This document shows positions 51,424 through 64,000 of a stretch of 64,000 nt of DNA, one piece after another. The position numbers and the translations under genes are program-made. Every line of letters starts with the position of its first letter. Positions within the stretch are counted from its first letter, which is position 1. The DNA comes from Octopus vulgaris (taxonomy: Eukaryota), in the NCBI GenBank assembly GCA_951406725.2, contig OX597827.1, positions 1,054,001 through 1,118,000 on the forward strand, in the 5' to 3' direction. Under the pieces are notes generated by a model. That model ran no database searches, was not told where the DNA came from, and was given only the letters and a program-made list of their open reading frames with translations.

Positions 51424-52332
51424 AACATAATCATCTACATCATTTTCACTTAACATCTGTCTTCCAGTGGTATAGTGGGGAGAAACACAGATATATTATA
51501 TCATGGCCTCTGCCCTTTGTAGCATGTTGGTCTCATACATCCACCACTCAAGTACATCTGACCTACACAATTTTCCATCATTCAGAATCCTTGGTGCAGG
51601 AAACTCACCTATGTAGAGGGTGTGTGAGGGAGGGAGGGTAATGGTATAGTGGTTCAGGCATTTTGTTCAAAATCACAAGGTTGTGGGTTCAGTTTCTAGA
51701 CAGGAGACACCACATTGTGTCCTTGAGCAAGGTGTTTTATTCCATGTTGCTCCAGTCAGTTCAGCAAAAAGTGATTACCAGCCTAAAACTGATCTAGTCT
51801 TTACTCCCATCAGTGTCACATAGACAGTGCATTTCATTAACAAAAAAAATATACCATATATATATTAGAAAAATCTTATTGGCAGTTTGCATTGTAAATC
51901 TTCAGAGATTGTATGAATGATTTACAATTTACAATTTAGTATATTGTATAAACCTAAACCTAAGCCAAACCCAGATCAAGTATCATTATGGATACTGTAG
52001 TAGACTACATTCCAAAAGTAGCACTGCATAACTTTCATTGGTAAATTTCTAAATTTATACTGGATTGCCTGCATTGTTATAGCAGTATATTGAATGATAT
52101 AACATTGTTGGCAGTCTAATGAAACTATTGAGAGTTATGCAATCTCTGAGGATTCGACAGTGCAATCTGCTTTTGTATTAATCCCTCTATAACGGTTTTT
52201 CTTTTGTATAATTGTCAAGGAAACTCATGTAAGATGATGTAACTATATACTTTACCAACTGCTATACTGTTTATCTTTCAGCATATATATATATATATAT
52301 AGGCCCACAAATATATGTAAATGTAGATACAC

Positions 52333-52367
<35 letters not shown>

Positions 52368-52422
52368 CACACACATACATAACTGCGATATAAATTTCGA
52401 TTCTCCTTTATTATAAATTCAT

Positions 52423-52463
<41 letters not shown>

Positions 52464-52888
52464 CTTTTAATTGTTTCAGTCATTTGACTACGGCCATGCT
52501 GGAGCACCACCTTAAAGAATTTTAGCTGAAGAAATCAACCCCAGGACTTATTCTTTGTAAGCCTAGTACTTATTCTATCAGTCTCTTTTGCTGAACCACT
52601 AAGTTACAGGGATGTAAACACACAAACGTTGGTAGTCAAGTGATGGTGGGGACAAACTCTGACCCACATACATAAATAATTATATATACATAAATATATA
52701 CAATGGGATCCTTTCAGTTTCCATCTACCAAATCCACTCAGAAGACTTTGGTTGGCCTGAGGCTATTGTAGAAGAAATTTGCCCAAGGTGCCACGCAGTA
52801 GGACTGAACCCCAAACCATGTGGTTGAGAAGCAAACTTCTTACCACACAGCCATACCTGTGCCTATATAAATATATATACATACACAC

Positions 52889-52943
<55 letters not shown>

Positions 52944-52950
52944 TAGATAG

Positions 52951-52981
<31 letters not shown>

Positions 52982-54604
52982 CATGCACACAAACACATAC
53001 ACACAAACACATACACATGCACTTTTAAATATATAAACTCACACATATGAATACATAATACATAATACAAATGTATACACACACCCACACATATATTAAT
53101 ATATACACACACATCAACAAATATATGCATATATATATATATATATATATATACTGATATACACACACATGTACATATATATACACCACACACATATCTA
53201 TTTTTTACTTGTTTCAGTCATTGATCTGCAGCCCCATCTGGGGCACCACCGTGAGTGTTTAGTCAAAGAAATTGGTTCCAATACCAATTTCTAAGTCTTT
53301 TTTTTATTCCATTGGCCTCTACTACCAAAGTGCAAAATTAGGGAGATGTAAATAAACCAACAATGATTATGAAGTGATGTTGAGGTGGGATGGGGGGGAA
53401 ATACACACACAGACGCACATGTATGTATGTATGTATGTATGTATACGAAGAGCTTCTACATGGTTTCCCTCTTCCAAATTCACACACAAGACATTGGCTC
53501 ACTAGGGACTAAAATCGAAGGCACTTACTCGTTCAAGGTGCCATGCGGTAGGAATGAACCAAAAGCCACATGGCTGCAACACAAGCTTCTTAACCCCATA
53601 CACACATATACATATATATTTTCATGCATGCATTCTAATATATGTGTGCGTGGGCTCTGCATGTTACCAACTCTATGTATTTGCAATAAACATACACTTC
53701 ATTTAAATGGCTCTGCAGAAGCTATAAAATGTTGCATGAGCACTCAGCCCGCAGTGTAATACTTCTTATAGCAAAAACGACTGTAAGTGCATGAATGTTA
53801 CAAAGAGAGAGAGAGAGAAAGAAAGAAAGTATGCATGAAGCTTGGGTTTAGTCCCTCTGTGCAGCACCTTGAGCAAGTATCTTCTACTGTAGCCCCAGGT
53901 TGACTACAGCCATGTGAGTGGATCTGAAAGAAACCCATCATGTGTGTGTGTGTGTGTGTGCACGTATGTGTGTGTTTGTGTGTGTGTGTGTGTGCATGTG
54001 TGTGTTTGTAGCCATGTCATGATATCATATGATGATTATAAATGAGAATCATCATCATTATACAATCAATGTTCTTCATTTCCTGGCTTTCATGAAAAAC
54101 ATGTCTTACCCTGGGGGAAGTATTACTTTGCTTGGAAAGAGATGAGGGTTGGTAACAGGAAAGGCATTCAGCCATACAAATATCAGTCTCAACAGATTCT
54201 GTCTGACACATGCAAGCATGCTTAAGTGAATATTAAATGATGATAATATGTGTGCACGTGCACACACACACACACACATATATGCATGCACACACACATT
54301 TTGAAAAATATACACGCTTTTAATATCAAACCAAAATAATTACATATGTGTGTAAGTGTGTGTAAGAATGCATGTTTATGTATACTGTATATTTATAAAT
54401 GCATATCTATATACGTCTAGTAATTATTACAGCAATGTCATAAATACATAAAATTCATGTACTATATGATATAATATATGTGTGTGTGTGTGTGTGTGTG
54501 ATGCAATATTACAAAATATAATTTAATATTAAATTTAATGTTATTATATTATTATTAATATGATACATACATACATTTATATAAATACACATGCACACTC
54601 ACAC

Positions 54605-54641
<37 letters not shown>

Positions 54642-55434
54642 CATATACGTACATGTGTGTTTATGCTAAAATATATATTCTTACACACACACACGCACTC
54701 AAACATATAAACACAAATGTGTCTGTCAATATCTATGCATGGAAGCCTGCCTCTGTGTGTTTGCGAGCATGTGCATGCGTGTGCATGTGCAAGTATATGT
54801 ATGCGATCATACTTACGTATTATTCAAAATTTCATTAAGTCTAATGTAATTCAGGTTGTTTTCATTAAAACTGGCATAAATATTTGCTCAAGAGATATAA
54901 ATTGAAGATGTAGTCCTAATGTGTGTATATACATGCATATATATATATGTGCATGGGCATCTGTATATATACACATAGTTATCTCTTACTCCCTCTTTCT
55001 CATTATATCCATACATGTGTACACACACACACACACACATACACAACACACATGTATACGTATTGCTTGGAATTTAATAAAACTGGTTGTAAATAGTATT
55101 TTCGCTTCGACCTCAAACCAAAGTTGTTCCTCAAGGAGTTGGTTCAATACAACTTAATGAATCTTAATAATTTCAAGCAAACACACAGGGAGCAGCTGAT
55201 TGACAGAATCTGTTGAGCACCAAGCAGAATGCATTGTGGTATTTAGATCAGTCTTTTTTAGGTATGAGTTCAAATCCTACCAAGACCAGATTTACCTTTT
55301 ATCTTTTAGGCAACATTTTATTTTCTGCCAAGCAACTCAGTGTATAATGGTGTAAACATACAAATATCCCTATATTTCCAAACCCAGCTGCATTTCACAT
55401 GGAATTGTTGGCCCTCCAATGTTGCCCTGATATT

Positions 55435-55830
55435 TAATTTTATATGGGGCTGAAATTTGGACCTTCACCAAAAAGCTTGCAAACAAATAGATGGCTGCTA
55501 CAGAAGAATGTTAAGAATGGTTCTGAATATTACATGGGATTCTCATTAAACCAATAAGCAGCTTTACCAAGATCTACCCAAAGTGACAGACAAGATTCAG
55601 CAGAAAAGGATATTGCTGGTCATTGTGTCCGGCACCTGGAAGGACCTGTGTGTGTCAACTGGTGTTATGGCAGTCAGTTGATGGGAGGAATCAATATAGG
55701 GGAAGAAAAGGTCTTGCATATGTAGACAGCAGAATGGCAAATGTTGATGAATTAAGAATATGCGTGAGGTACCGTGATGGATGGTGTGCACATGTGAAAT
55801 CATCGAAGCGTCTGGGAAGACAGCCAAACT
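55435..55830 (+). mobile_element. RTE-clade LINE C-terminal remnant
   Basis: LYGAEIWTFTKKLA..IDGCYRRMLRMVLNITWDSH*TNKQLYQDLPKVTDKIQQKR..AGHCVRH...LVLWQ...GRNQYRGRKGLAYVD...DELR...RDGW, with frameshifts. Confidence 0.85.
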
Positions 55831-56815
55831 GAAACTGGTATTTAAGTCAACATACCTCATTTGGATGTAAATGTTGGCCTGTAAACATTTGACTAATATG
55901 CTGGAAAATACAGTATATGTAACCCCATCTAACACTGGTTCATTCATCACTGACCTGGGATAACATGTGTGCTCAATTATGAACCATGCTAGTGCCACAC
56001 CTGTGCCAGCACCATGTGGTAAAGCACCATGTAATAAACAGTCTGTGAAGTGATTGGCATTAGGAAGGGCATTCAGCCATAGAAACAAAGTCAAAACTGA
56101 TAATTCTAGCCTGGTGCAGTTCTATGGCCTGTCAGCTCCTGTCAAACCATCCAACCCATGCCAGCATGGAAAATGGACATTAAATGATGATGATGATGAT
56201 GATATGCTTATCACAGATATATATTTAGTAATAAGGATTAGTGATCAGTCGGCCCTTCCGTGTTTAAAGAAGCTGCATCTGGCCAAAATATTTTATCTGT
56301 TTTATGCTCGTACTGGCTACATCCAGCCTCTCACACTTACTCAAAAAATGTCATTCTAAAAATATATGACCACATAAGTGAAATCTTGAAGCTACAAGAT
56401 AAGGTATGATTAATTCAAAACAATGTGACTGAATAAGTATTATATTCGACAAAGAAATCTGATGGCTAAAGGGTTAAAGATTCTGCTTTGACTGCAAAAC
56501 CATACCTCAGCATTCACCCATGATTCTCAGCTACCCTGAATGCACTGAACATCACCTGTGTTTATAGGACTGTGCAGTGTGAGGCTGCATATTTTTTATG
56601 CAGCTTTACTACTCATAACCATCAACATGGGGCCACTGAACAGAAAGAAATATGAAGATGCCTGACCCTAGCAAACAACACAGATGACTGCATTCTTGAT
56701 ATGAATCGGAAGAGATGATCATATATTGGCACTCCATTGCTTACTGAGACAACCGCACTTGTCTCAACACAAAACATTGTATCTCAAGTGTCCTCCAATC
56801 AGTGGACACAATTCT

Positions 56816-57046
56816 TATTTCTTTATTGCCCACAAGGGGTTAAACATAGAGGGGACAAACAAAGACAGACAAAGGAATTAAGTCAATTACATCGACCCCA
56901 GTGCATAACTGGTACTTAATTTATCGACCCCGAAAAGAAGGAAAGGCAAAGTTGACCTCAGCAGAATTTGAACTCAGAATGTAGCGGCATACGAAATACC
57001 ACTAAGCATTTCACCCAGTGTGCTAATGATTCTGCCAGTTGGCTGC
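56816..57046 (-). mobile_element. Family A SINE with perfect 16-bp TSD
   Basis: TSD cagtggacacaattct at 56800-56815 and 57047-57062. Confidence 0.9.
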
Positions 57047-57354
57047 CAGTGGACACAATTCTATAATGTAATTTTTCACTGCCACATCATTTATTATTTA
57101 AGCTTACTTTGATTCATCTGAGAGGACATTTTAAGGACTCTATCAGCTGACATTAGATATACATCGACTCACTGTTGTGGATTCGTTCTTTTCCTTTAGC
57201 ACGCTTACTGTGGTAGAGACAATTCATTTTGCATTGTAGACAATTGAAGTTACATTTTGTCCTTTTGCACTTCAGTTGGGAATCGTGGCTGTGTTCCCTT
57301 CGTTTGTTTATAAAGTTATTATTTGAGCAGAATATCATTATTTGTCTGACATTA

Positions 57355-58035
57355 TAACAGATGAGGAGTGTTCCAGCTGACCAGATCAATGGAACAGCCA
57401 GCTCATGAAATTAACCTACAAGTGGCTGAGCACTCCACAGACAAATATACTCCTTAACATAGTTCTCAAGGAAATTCAGTGTGATACAGAATGTGACAAA
57501 AACAGGGCCCTTTGAAGGTGGCGAGTTGGCAGAAACATTAGCACGCCAGGCAAAATGCTTAGTGGTATTTCGTCTGCCTATATGTTCTGAGTTCAAATTC
57601 CACTGAGGTCGACTTTGCCTTTCATTCAGTACCAGTTGCGCAGTGGGGTCAATGTAATCGACTTAATCCGTTTGTCTGTCCTTGTTTGTCCCCTCTATGT
57701 TTAGCCCCTTGTGGGCAATAAATGAATAAATAAAAAAACAGGGCCCTTTGAATTACACACTTTTGCTAGATGAGTGGACCAGTTCAATGTAAATTAAGTA
57801 ATGTCTTACTCAAGGTCACAATGTGTCACAGGGAATTGAACACATGACCTTATGTTCATGATCTTAGTGGCCCATGGCCACTAAGCCACGTGCCTTTACA
57901 AGAAGCTGAGTGGACTAGAGCAACATGAAATGAAATGCTTTGCTCAAGAATACAATGCAGTGCCTGGTCCAGGAATTGAAACCACAATCTTATGATCATG
58001 AGTGCAACACCCTAACCACTAAGCCACGCATCTCT
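57355..58035 (-). mobile_element. Family F SINE(s) with a nested family A copy (about 57516-57730, +)
   Basis: The nested copy is flanked by duplicated aaaaacagggccctttgaa. Two tRNA-like heads (reverse complement of ggaattgaa...ccactaagccacg) lie at about 57780-57900 and 57905-58035. Confidence 0.75.
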
Positions 58036-58710
58036 ACAACCCAATGACAACACTCGTGTTAAAGTGTGTTAAACATTACCTTTCCTTTGAACAACATCAG
58101 TGGAGTGGAGAGGGGTAACTTGGGTGTATGGATAAATGGTTAGCATTAATAAAGACCCTTGTCCAGGTTTGCTTCTTAATAAGGAACTTAAGTGTCGATA
58201 CTGAACAGCTTTTGATAGTTGACAGAGGCCATCAGCATATTAAAGCTACATATATATGTAAGTTTTTATGGAAGGGACATATATATATCAAAGAAATATA
58301 TATCAGTGGCAGATTCCAATCTAAGAAAAGTTTTGATCTACAATATTTACAATATTCTTAAAGGAATGGAAAATTAAGTGGCAACTCGGGCTGATACGGA
58401 TGAGCCTGGTAAGGTGTAAAGGACTAACTGACATCTCTTGTCAAGAGTACAGGTGACAGTCAGATCGGTGATGTTTGATGAGAACTCCGCTTTCATTATT
58501 TGATTGTCCCCTCTATGTTTAGCCCCTTGTTGGCAATAAAGAAATAATATATGTATGTATGTATGTACAACATATGGGACTGTGAACAGCTGTTTAATTC
58601 TGCATAGACTGAATTACTGGAATACTCTTTTGTTTTTCAGAGTTAATCTGTTTAGCCAAAAGAGTTGATTCATGGTAAATTTGCCAAGATCTATTCAATC
58701 CCCTCTCTTT

Positions 58711-58762
<52 letters not shown>

Positions 58763-59166
58763 ACAGACAGACAGACAGATAGATAGATAGAGATAGATAG
58801 ATAGATAGATACACTTATATATCATCATCATCATCGTTATCACCATTTAATGTTCATGTTCTATGTTGGTATGGATTGGACAGTTTGACAAAGGTCCAGT
58901 GAGTCAAAGGACAGCATCAAGCTTCAATGTCTGCCTTGACATGGTTTCTATGACTGGATGCCCTTCCTAATGCCAATCCCTTTTCAGTTTGTACAGTGCA
59001 CATTTTATGGTGCCTTCCTCATGTTACCAGCCCTATTCAGATCACCATGTAGCTTGCAATTCTACAAACCCAGGGTGGGAGGATTTTGCATCAATATGTC
59101 ACATGGAGATTAAGGTATGAACAAAAGGCAGGACAGGATGTGGTTACATCTGAAACATCACCAATC

Positions 59167-59366
59167 CAGTGGCGTACGGTGGGTGGTTGTGTTGTTTTGG
59201 GTGTGGCAGCACACCCAATGCCACCCAATTTCAAGCAGGGGTAAAACAAAAGTTTCCTATCAAGATTTCTAATCAAATTAAGGAGTAAGGTTAATACTTA
59301 TAATAAATTCGCCATTTTTGATGGGTGTGTAGCACACCCCTTGCACACCAGGAATATACACCCCTG
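59167..59366. mobile_element. hAT-like MITE
   Basis: Termini cagtggcgta ... tacacccctg, internal gggtgtg..gcacaccc palindromes, and an imperfect 8-bp TSD caccaatc / catccatc. Confidence 0.6.
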
Positions 59367-60279
59367 CATCCATCATAGGTTTATTCAATTAATGTTACTG
59401 GCTTGGTGCTAACCAAGAACAACAATAATTATGAATAGTTTTAGGAAATTCTCACAGGATATTAACAAGCTTGCTGTATGAATAAGGTATTTGGACTCAA
59501 GATTGATATGATCCTCATGTATTCAAATCATCATCATCATCATCATTGCTTTAATGTTTACTTTTCCATGCTTCCATGGGTCAGACAGAAGACTAATGAT
59601 TGTTGAGGCGACGGAAGTAGTTGAAACTATCGACCCCGAAAGAATGAGAGGAAAAAATTCATCTCAACAAGTTTCGAATTCAGAACGTAAAGAAGCGGAT
59701 AAAATGCCACAAAACATTTTCTCCATCACTATTGTGATTCTGCTAAGCCGCCACCAAAGGACCGTCGCTAGACTTTGATACCCGGGGATGCTTCAAAATA
59801 TTTTGAATGGCCACTAATTTCGTATTGCGGGAAGATTTTTGTAAACTGTATTTTCTAAATCTGATGGTGCACCATTGAATAGTGAGGAAGAAAGTGACAT
59901 CCAGGGAATTTAACGGTTTTTGTGTCGTTTTGAATCTACGCTGGAATTATAAAAAATAGTAATTAAACAAATTTCAAGAGTAGTCTCCCCTAACAGATTC
60001 AAGAGTAGTTTCCCTTTAGAGGTTTTCTGGTCGAGATAAAAATTGTTTGTCAAAAGTGAACGGATTTTTTAAAAATTGCAGAATATATTTAGTTTTTAAT
60101 TATAATTATAGAGTGAAACACAATCGCTCACGGTGTCGTGCAGTGGGACTGAACCTGAATCCATTTGATTGTGAAACGAACTCCGTAATACCAGAGCCAC
60201 GTGGGAGATTCACGGAATGTTGAATAAGGCGTTGAAGAACAGCAACAACATCGACAACATTAAAAGGAATTCTATTGTT

Positions 60280-60515
60280 AAGGCGGCGAGGGGCTGGCAG
60301 AGTGGTTAGCACGCCGGGCGAAATGCGTAGCCGTATTGCGTCTGCCGTTACGTTCTGAGTTCAAATCCCGCCGAGGTCGACTTTGCCTTTCATCCTTTCG
60401 GGGTCGATTAAATAAGTACCAGTTAGCCACTGGAGTCGATGTAATTGACTTAATCCGTTTGCTTGTCCTTGTTTGTCCCCTCTGTGTTTTTAATCCCGTG
60501 TGGGTAGTAAAGAAA
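60280..60515 (+). mobile_element. Family A SINE, low-divergence copy
   Basis: It retains its CpGs: ggcagagtggttagcacgccgggcgaaatgcg...gagttcaaatcccgccgaggtcgactttgcctttcatcctttcggggtcg. Other copies are at about 3838-3966, 7811-7980, 8586-8795, 19757-19945 and 21450-21672. Confidence 0.9.
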
Positions 60516-62214
60516 CGAGTAATTATATTAGTAAGAATGACCTCTATACTCATAAATAGAAGGATATTCAATATTGAGTCTGTGCGCGCGTGGATATCAT
60601 CGGTGGATCATACATCCAAAGAAAGAAGCACACTCAAAAAGTTTAGTAATGCATTTATATTAAGATAAAAATGCCTCCCGTCACAGAGTGAACAATAGTT
60701 TCGCACCCATAAAACGTTTAGCTTTACAGACGGCTCGACAGACTCCATTGGCAGTGAGCATATACCATCTCTTTGAAGAAAGGATATATGTCTGCGGCCA
60801 TACACTGCATGTGTGTGAAATAAGGAGCAATTCCATCACAGGTTAATGAAAACCTGCTACAAGTAATCACGTGTTCCAGCTCATAGGTGTCGGTGGCTAA
60901 ACCGGTCTCTGTTGAGCTTGTCCAGGTCCAGTGAAGATAGTGTGTGGACAATTAGCAGGATTTTTAACAAAAACAAGAAAAAAAGGTGGTGGGGAAACGA
61001 AACTACTTTCGATCGTGGATGAACTCAATAAGTTAAACAACGACCTCGAGAACGAGAGATGGACACCATTCATTACAATTATGAAACCCAGAGAAATATT
61101 TCAATAGATGTCACATTAAAACAAGATATTCCATTAAGTTGTAGGCACGTGTTTCTGCCTCATTAGATATCATCAGCACAGCAACTATTCTCGCTTATCT
61201 TCAGCATTCAAAACTCTCACATCTTTTATCTTTTACTTGTTCCAGTTATTAGACTACGGTCATGCTGGGTCACCACCTTGAAGAATTTTAGTCGAATGAC
61301 TCGACTCAAACTTTTTTAAAGCGTGGTACTTATTCTATCAGTCATTTTGCCGAACCGCAAAGTTACAGGGACGTGAACACACCAACACCGGTTGTCAAGC
61401 GGTGGTAGGGGAACAAGCACAGACACAAAGACACACACACATAGACATATACATATACGATGGGCTTCCTTCAGTTTCCGTCTATCAAATCCACTCACAA
61501 GGCTTTGGCCAGCCTGAGACTATAGTAGAAGACACTTGCTCAACGAGTCACGTAGTGGGACTGAACTCGGAAACATGTGGTTGGGAAGGAAGCTTCTTAC
61601 CACACAGCCACGCCTGCGCCTATGTACAAGAACATATTTTAGGCAAAAGTCGTTTGCATAACTGGAGCGAAGATGAGTTAAGGAAAATGGTTAAGGAAAA
61701 TGGAACAAAGACAAAGAAGTTTTCCAAGACAAATTATTTAAAAAATATTTCTAGAAGCGAACCACTTCCTCATAACTAAAAAAATCCACAGGCGCAAGCG
61801 TGGCTGCGTAGTTGAGGGGCTCACTTTCAAATCATGTGACCTTGTGTTCAGTCCTACTGCACGGTACAAGTCTTGTGAGTGGATTTTTGTAGATGGAAAC
61901 TGAAAGAAGCCCGCCATGTGTCTTTGTGCTTGTGTTCGTTCCCCATCACCGCTTGACAACCGATTTTGTTGTATTTACTCCCACCTTACTTAGTGGTTCG
62001 GCAAAAGAAATTAACAGAATAAGTACCAAACTGAAAGTATGTAATGCAGTCGATTTGCTCGACTTAAACCCTTCACTTTAGCGCTCCTGAATGGCCGCAG
62101 TCCAGAAAAAAAAAGAAAAGAGATATCGATGCTAACCAGAAGACATCTTTATTGCCAAACTACTGCCTCCCATTAAGATTAAAATAAATAAATAAACAAA
62201 TATATAAACTCCTT

Positions 62215-62960
62215 CGCCGGTTGCCGAACGAAATCATACTACAGACACACCCCATTTCACGCTTAACTCAAGTTACGGGATTTTGAGCGAACGAAAATTG
62301 TGAAGTATGATCACTGATTTCGGGATACGGTCTGTAATTTTCCTCTTACGGAAAATCGAATAAACTTTAAGAATTTTATAATGTACGCTTTCTTCTAAGC
62401 GAAAAGTCCGATTCGAATTTTACAACATGAAAATCAATGAGAAAATTAATTTCATTTTTCGGGATTTTTCCCGTTTCGAAAAGTTTTTTTCAAGAGCACA
62501 TTACTTTCGTATTTACCTGAATAACCTAAGGTATGTGTTTTCAAAGGACTCCTGAGGACCTCCTAGGGGTCGGTGAGCAACTACAGGGAATCGATGATAG
62601 CCAAGGAGTCGGCGTGCGAAAGACCAGCTCACTCAGCTGAACTGCATGAAATAGTTAGCGCCATGAAACGTGGGAAAACGGGATAAACTTTCGCTGTTGC
62701 TAACGTTCGCGGCCGGATGTCGTAAAATGTATCGTAATCGAAGATTGAGGGGTGCGACTGAAGGTATACGGACTGTCAAGTGTTTGCTTATAGAAATTGC
62801 CTGAACTGGGAGGAATGAGGTGATTTGAGACTGAAATTGACCAATGCCTTGATTCAAAATCACCGTGCTCACACCTCATATTGATGCTGTCAATTGCAAT
62901 AAAAGATATTACAGCCATATGATGCGATTTTCACATCTTCTAATCATGAAAACAATTTCA
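62215..62960. mobile_element. Probable old DNA-transposon remnant (possibly Tc1-like)
   Basis: CpG-rich, non-SINE block. cctcatattgatgctgtcaattgcaataaaag loosely recalls the Tc1 C-terminal 'RI.AVI..KG' motif. No clean ORF or TIR pair was identified. Confidence 0.3.
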
Positions 62961-64000
62961 TAAAAATTGAAAGTTTAATACTGTAAACTTGCACATGTAA
63001 TTTTAGATGTAAAAAGAGAGTCATCTTCAATAGAATTTCTTATGGTAGGGTAGGGTATTAAGATATTTTAAATTAGAGTGGTCGATGCGGAAGGAAAAGT
63101 GACTAAAGGGATCAATAGTCGAAAAGTTTGGTGACCTCCTACCAAACAAAAACTCTCGTAAAGAAAATAGTGCAAGGGAGATAACCTGTAATGTATTCGA
63201 TGTTTTAAAGGGAAATAATTCTTGATTGAAGATATTCAGAAACAATTATTTCTAATAAAAGTAACGAGTTTTTCCTCCCGCTTCCAGAAATCCGGGAACA
63301 TTGTACAATATCAAGTTATATACTGAAGCCTGTATTCACTAAAGAGGTCCCGTTTTTGAAGCTGGTTAAATAAGAGCTTTGTGGTTTACTTCTTTAAGTG
63401 GATTATTAAAGATGCTCTGCTCTAGAAGCGTATTAATTCATACTTGAATCTGTTAAAAAATATCGTGTTTTTAAAGTATTTTTTCTTCATTTAATTATCA
63501 TCCTATATACATTACACTAATACATGTTGCAGTGTAATATATTTTAAGGATTCTAAGTAGATTAACAGATATCAATCGGATCCTGTTTTAAATATGAATG
63601 AATTGCAATCTGTCAAATACAATTTTACTACTTCACAGATCATAGTTTATTTTATATCGCAAGTATATATTTAGACTATTTCCAGAAAACCAGGACGCTT
63701 CCAGTCCCAAGTCACCGAATCCAAACTGTCTTAACATATGCACAGCCAAGCATAGTGTATCATGTACAACTTGACCTACCCTTTCTGACAGACTAAGTGT
63801 TGGTATACTTTTCTCTTAACAAATCTAGAGACAGAGAGAAGAGCTAAAGTGAAGTTTTAGTCATACAGACTTTCTGGACTGTAACGCCATATATGGTAGC
63901 TGGAGCCAACAGGTCAAGGTAACAATTTATCAATGAGAGTTTTATAGCAAGTTGTGTGTTTTCATATTTACAGTCATACGTAAAATAGCTCAAATCTTTG

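Noticed and set aside
57153-57389. Cys/Lys-rich minus-strand ORF ending at an ACA|GTGAGT donor-like site
   Set aside because: There is no convincing acceptor, the phase does not match the 28763 exon, and it is sandwiched between SINEs.
58397-58440. HHR-like cggatgagcc...ggtgtaaag; also ctgaagaagtacc...aaaac at about 42490-42520
   Set aside because: The core boxes are mutated and stems I/III cannot be formed convincingly.

Overview
AT-rich, repeat-saturated eukaryotic genomic DNA. The SINE and microsatellite repertoire looks like an octopod cephalopod (Octopus), which is an inference from repeat motifs. Nearly all ORFs in the supplied track are microsatellite or SINE artefacts. One spliced protein-coding gene can be built on the minus strand from three phase-compatible exons (28763-28598, 20646-20297, 14903-14877). 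They give about 180 aa of Ser/Thr-rich, Tyr-motif-bearing sequence of unknown family. The rest is mobile DNA: several tRNA-headed SINE families, often nested and with TSDs; Tx1/L1, RTE and R4/Dong-like LINE remnants; two Tc1/mariner relics, one of them DD37D/maT; piggyBac-, hAT- and pogo-like MITEs; and Penelope-like remnants. The most notable hidden signal is a set of hammerhead ribozyme (HHR) motifs from at least three repeat families. One at 4804-4858 has a fully intact core and sits directly behind an 82-bp inverted repeat. One at 45880-45981 has an unusually long stem II. A minimal Penelope-type motif lies at 47472-47506, and degraded siblings occur elsewhere. Together they suggest non-autonomous ribozyme retroelements (Penelope pLTR or retrozyme-like).
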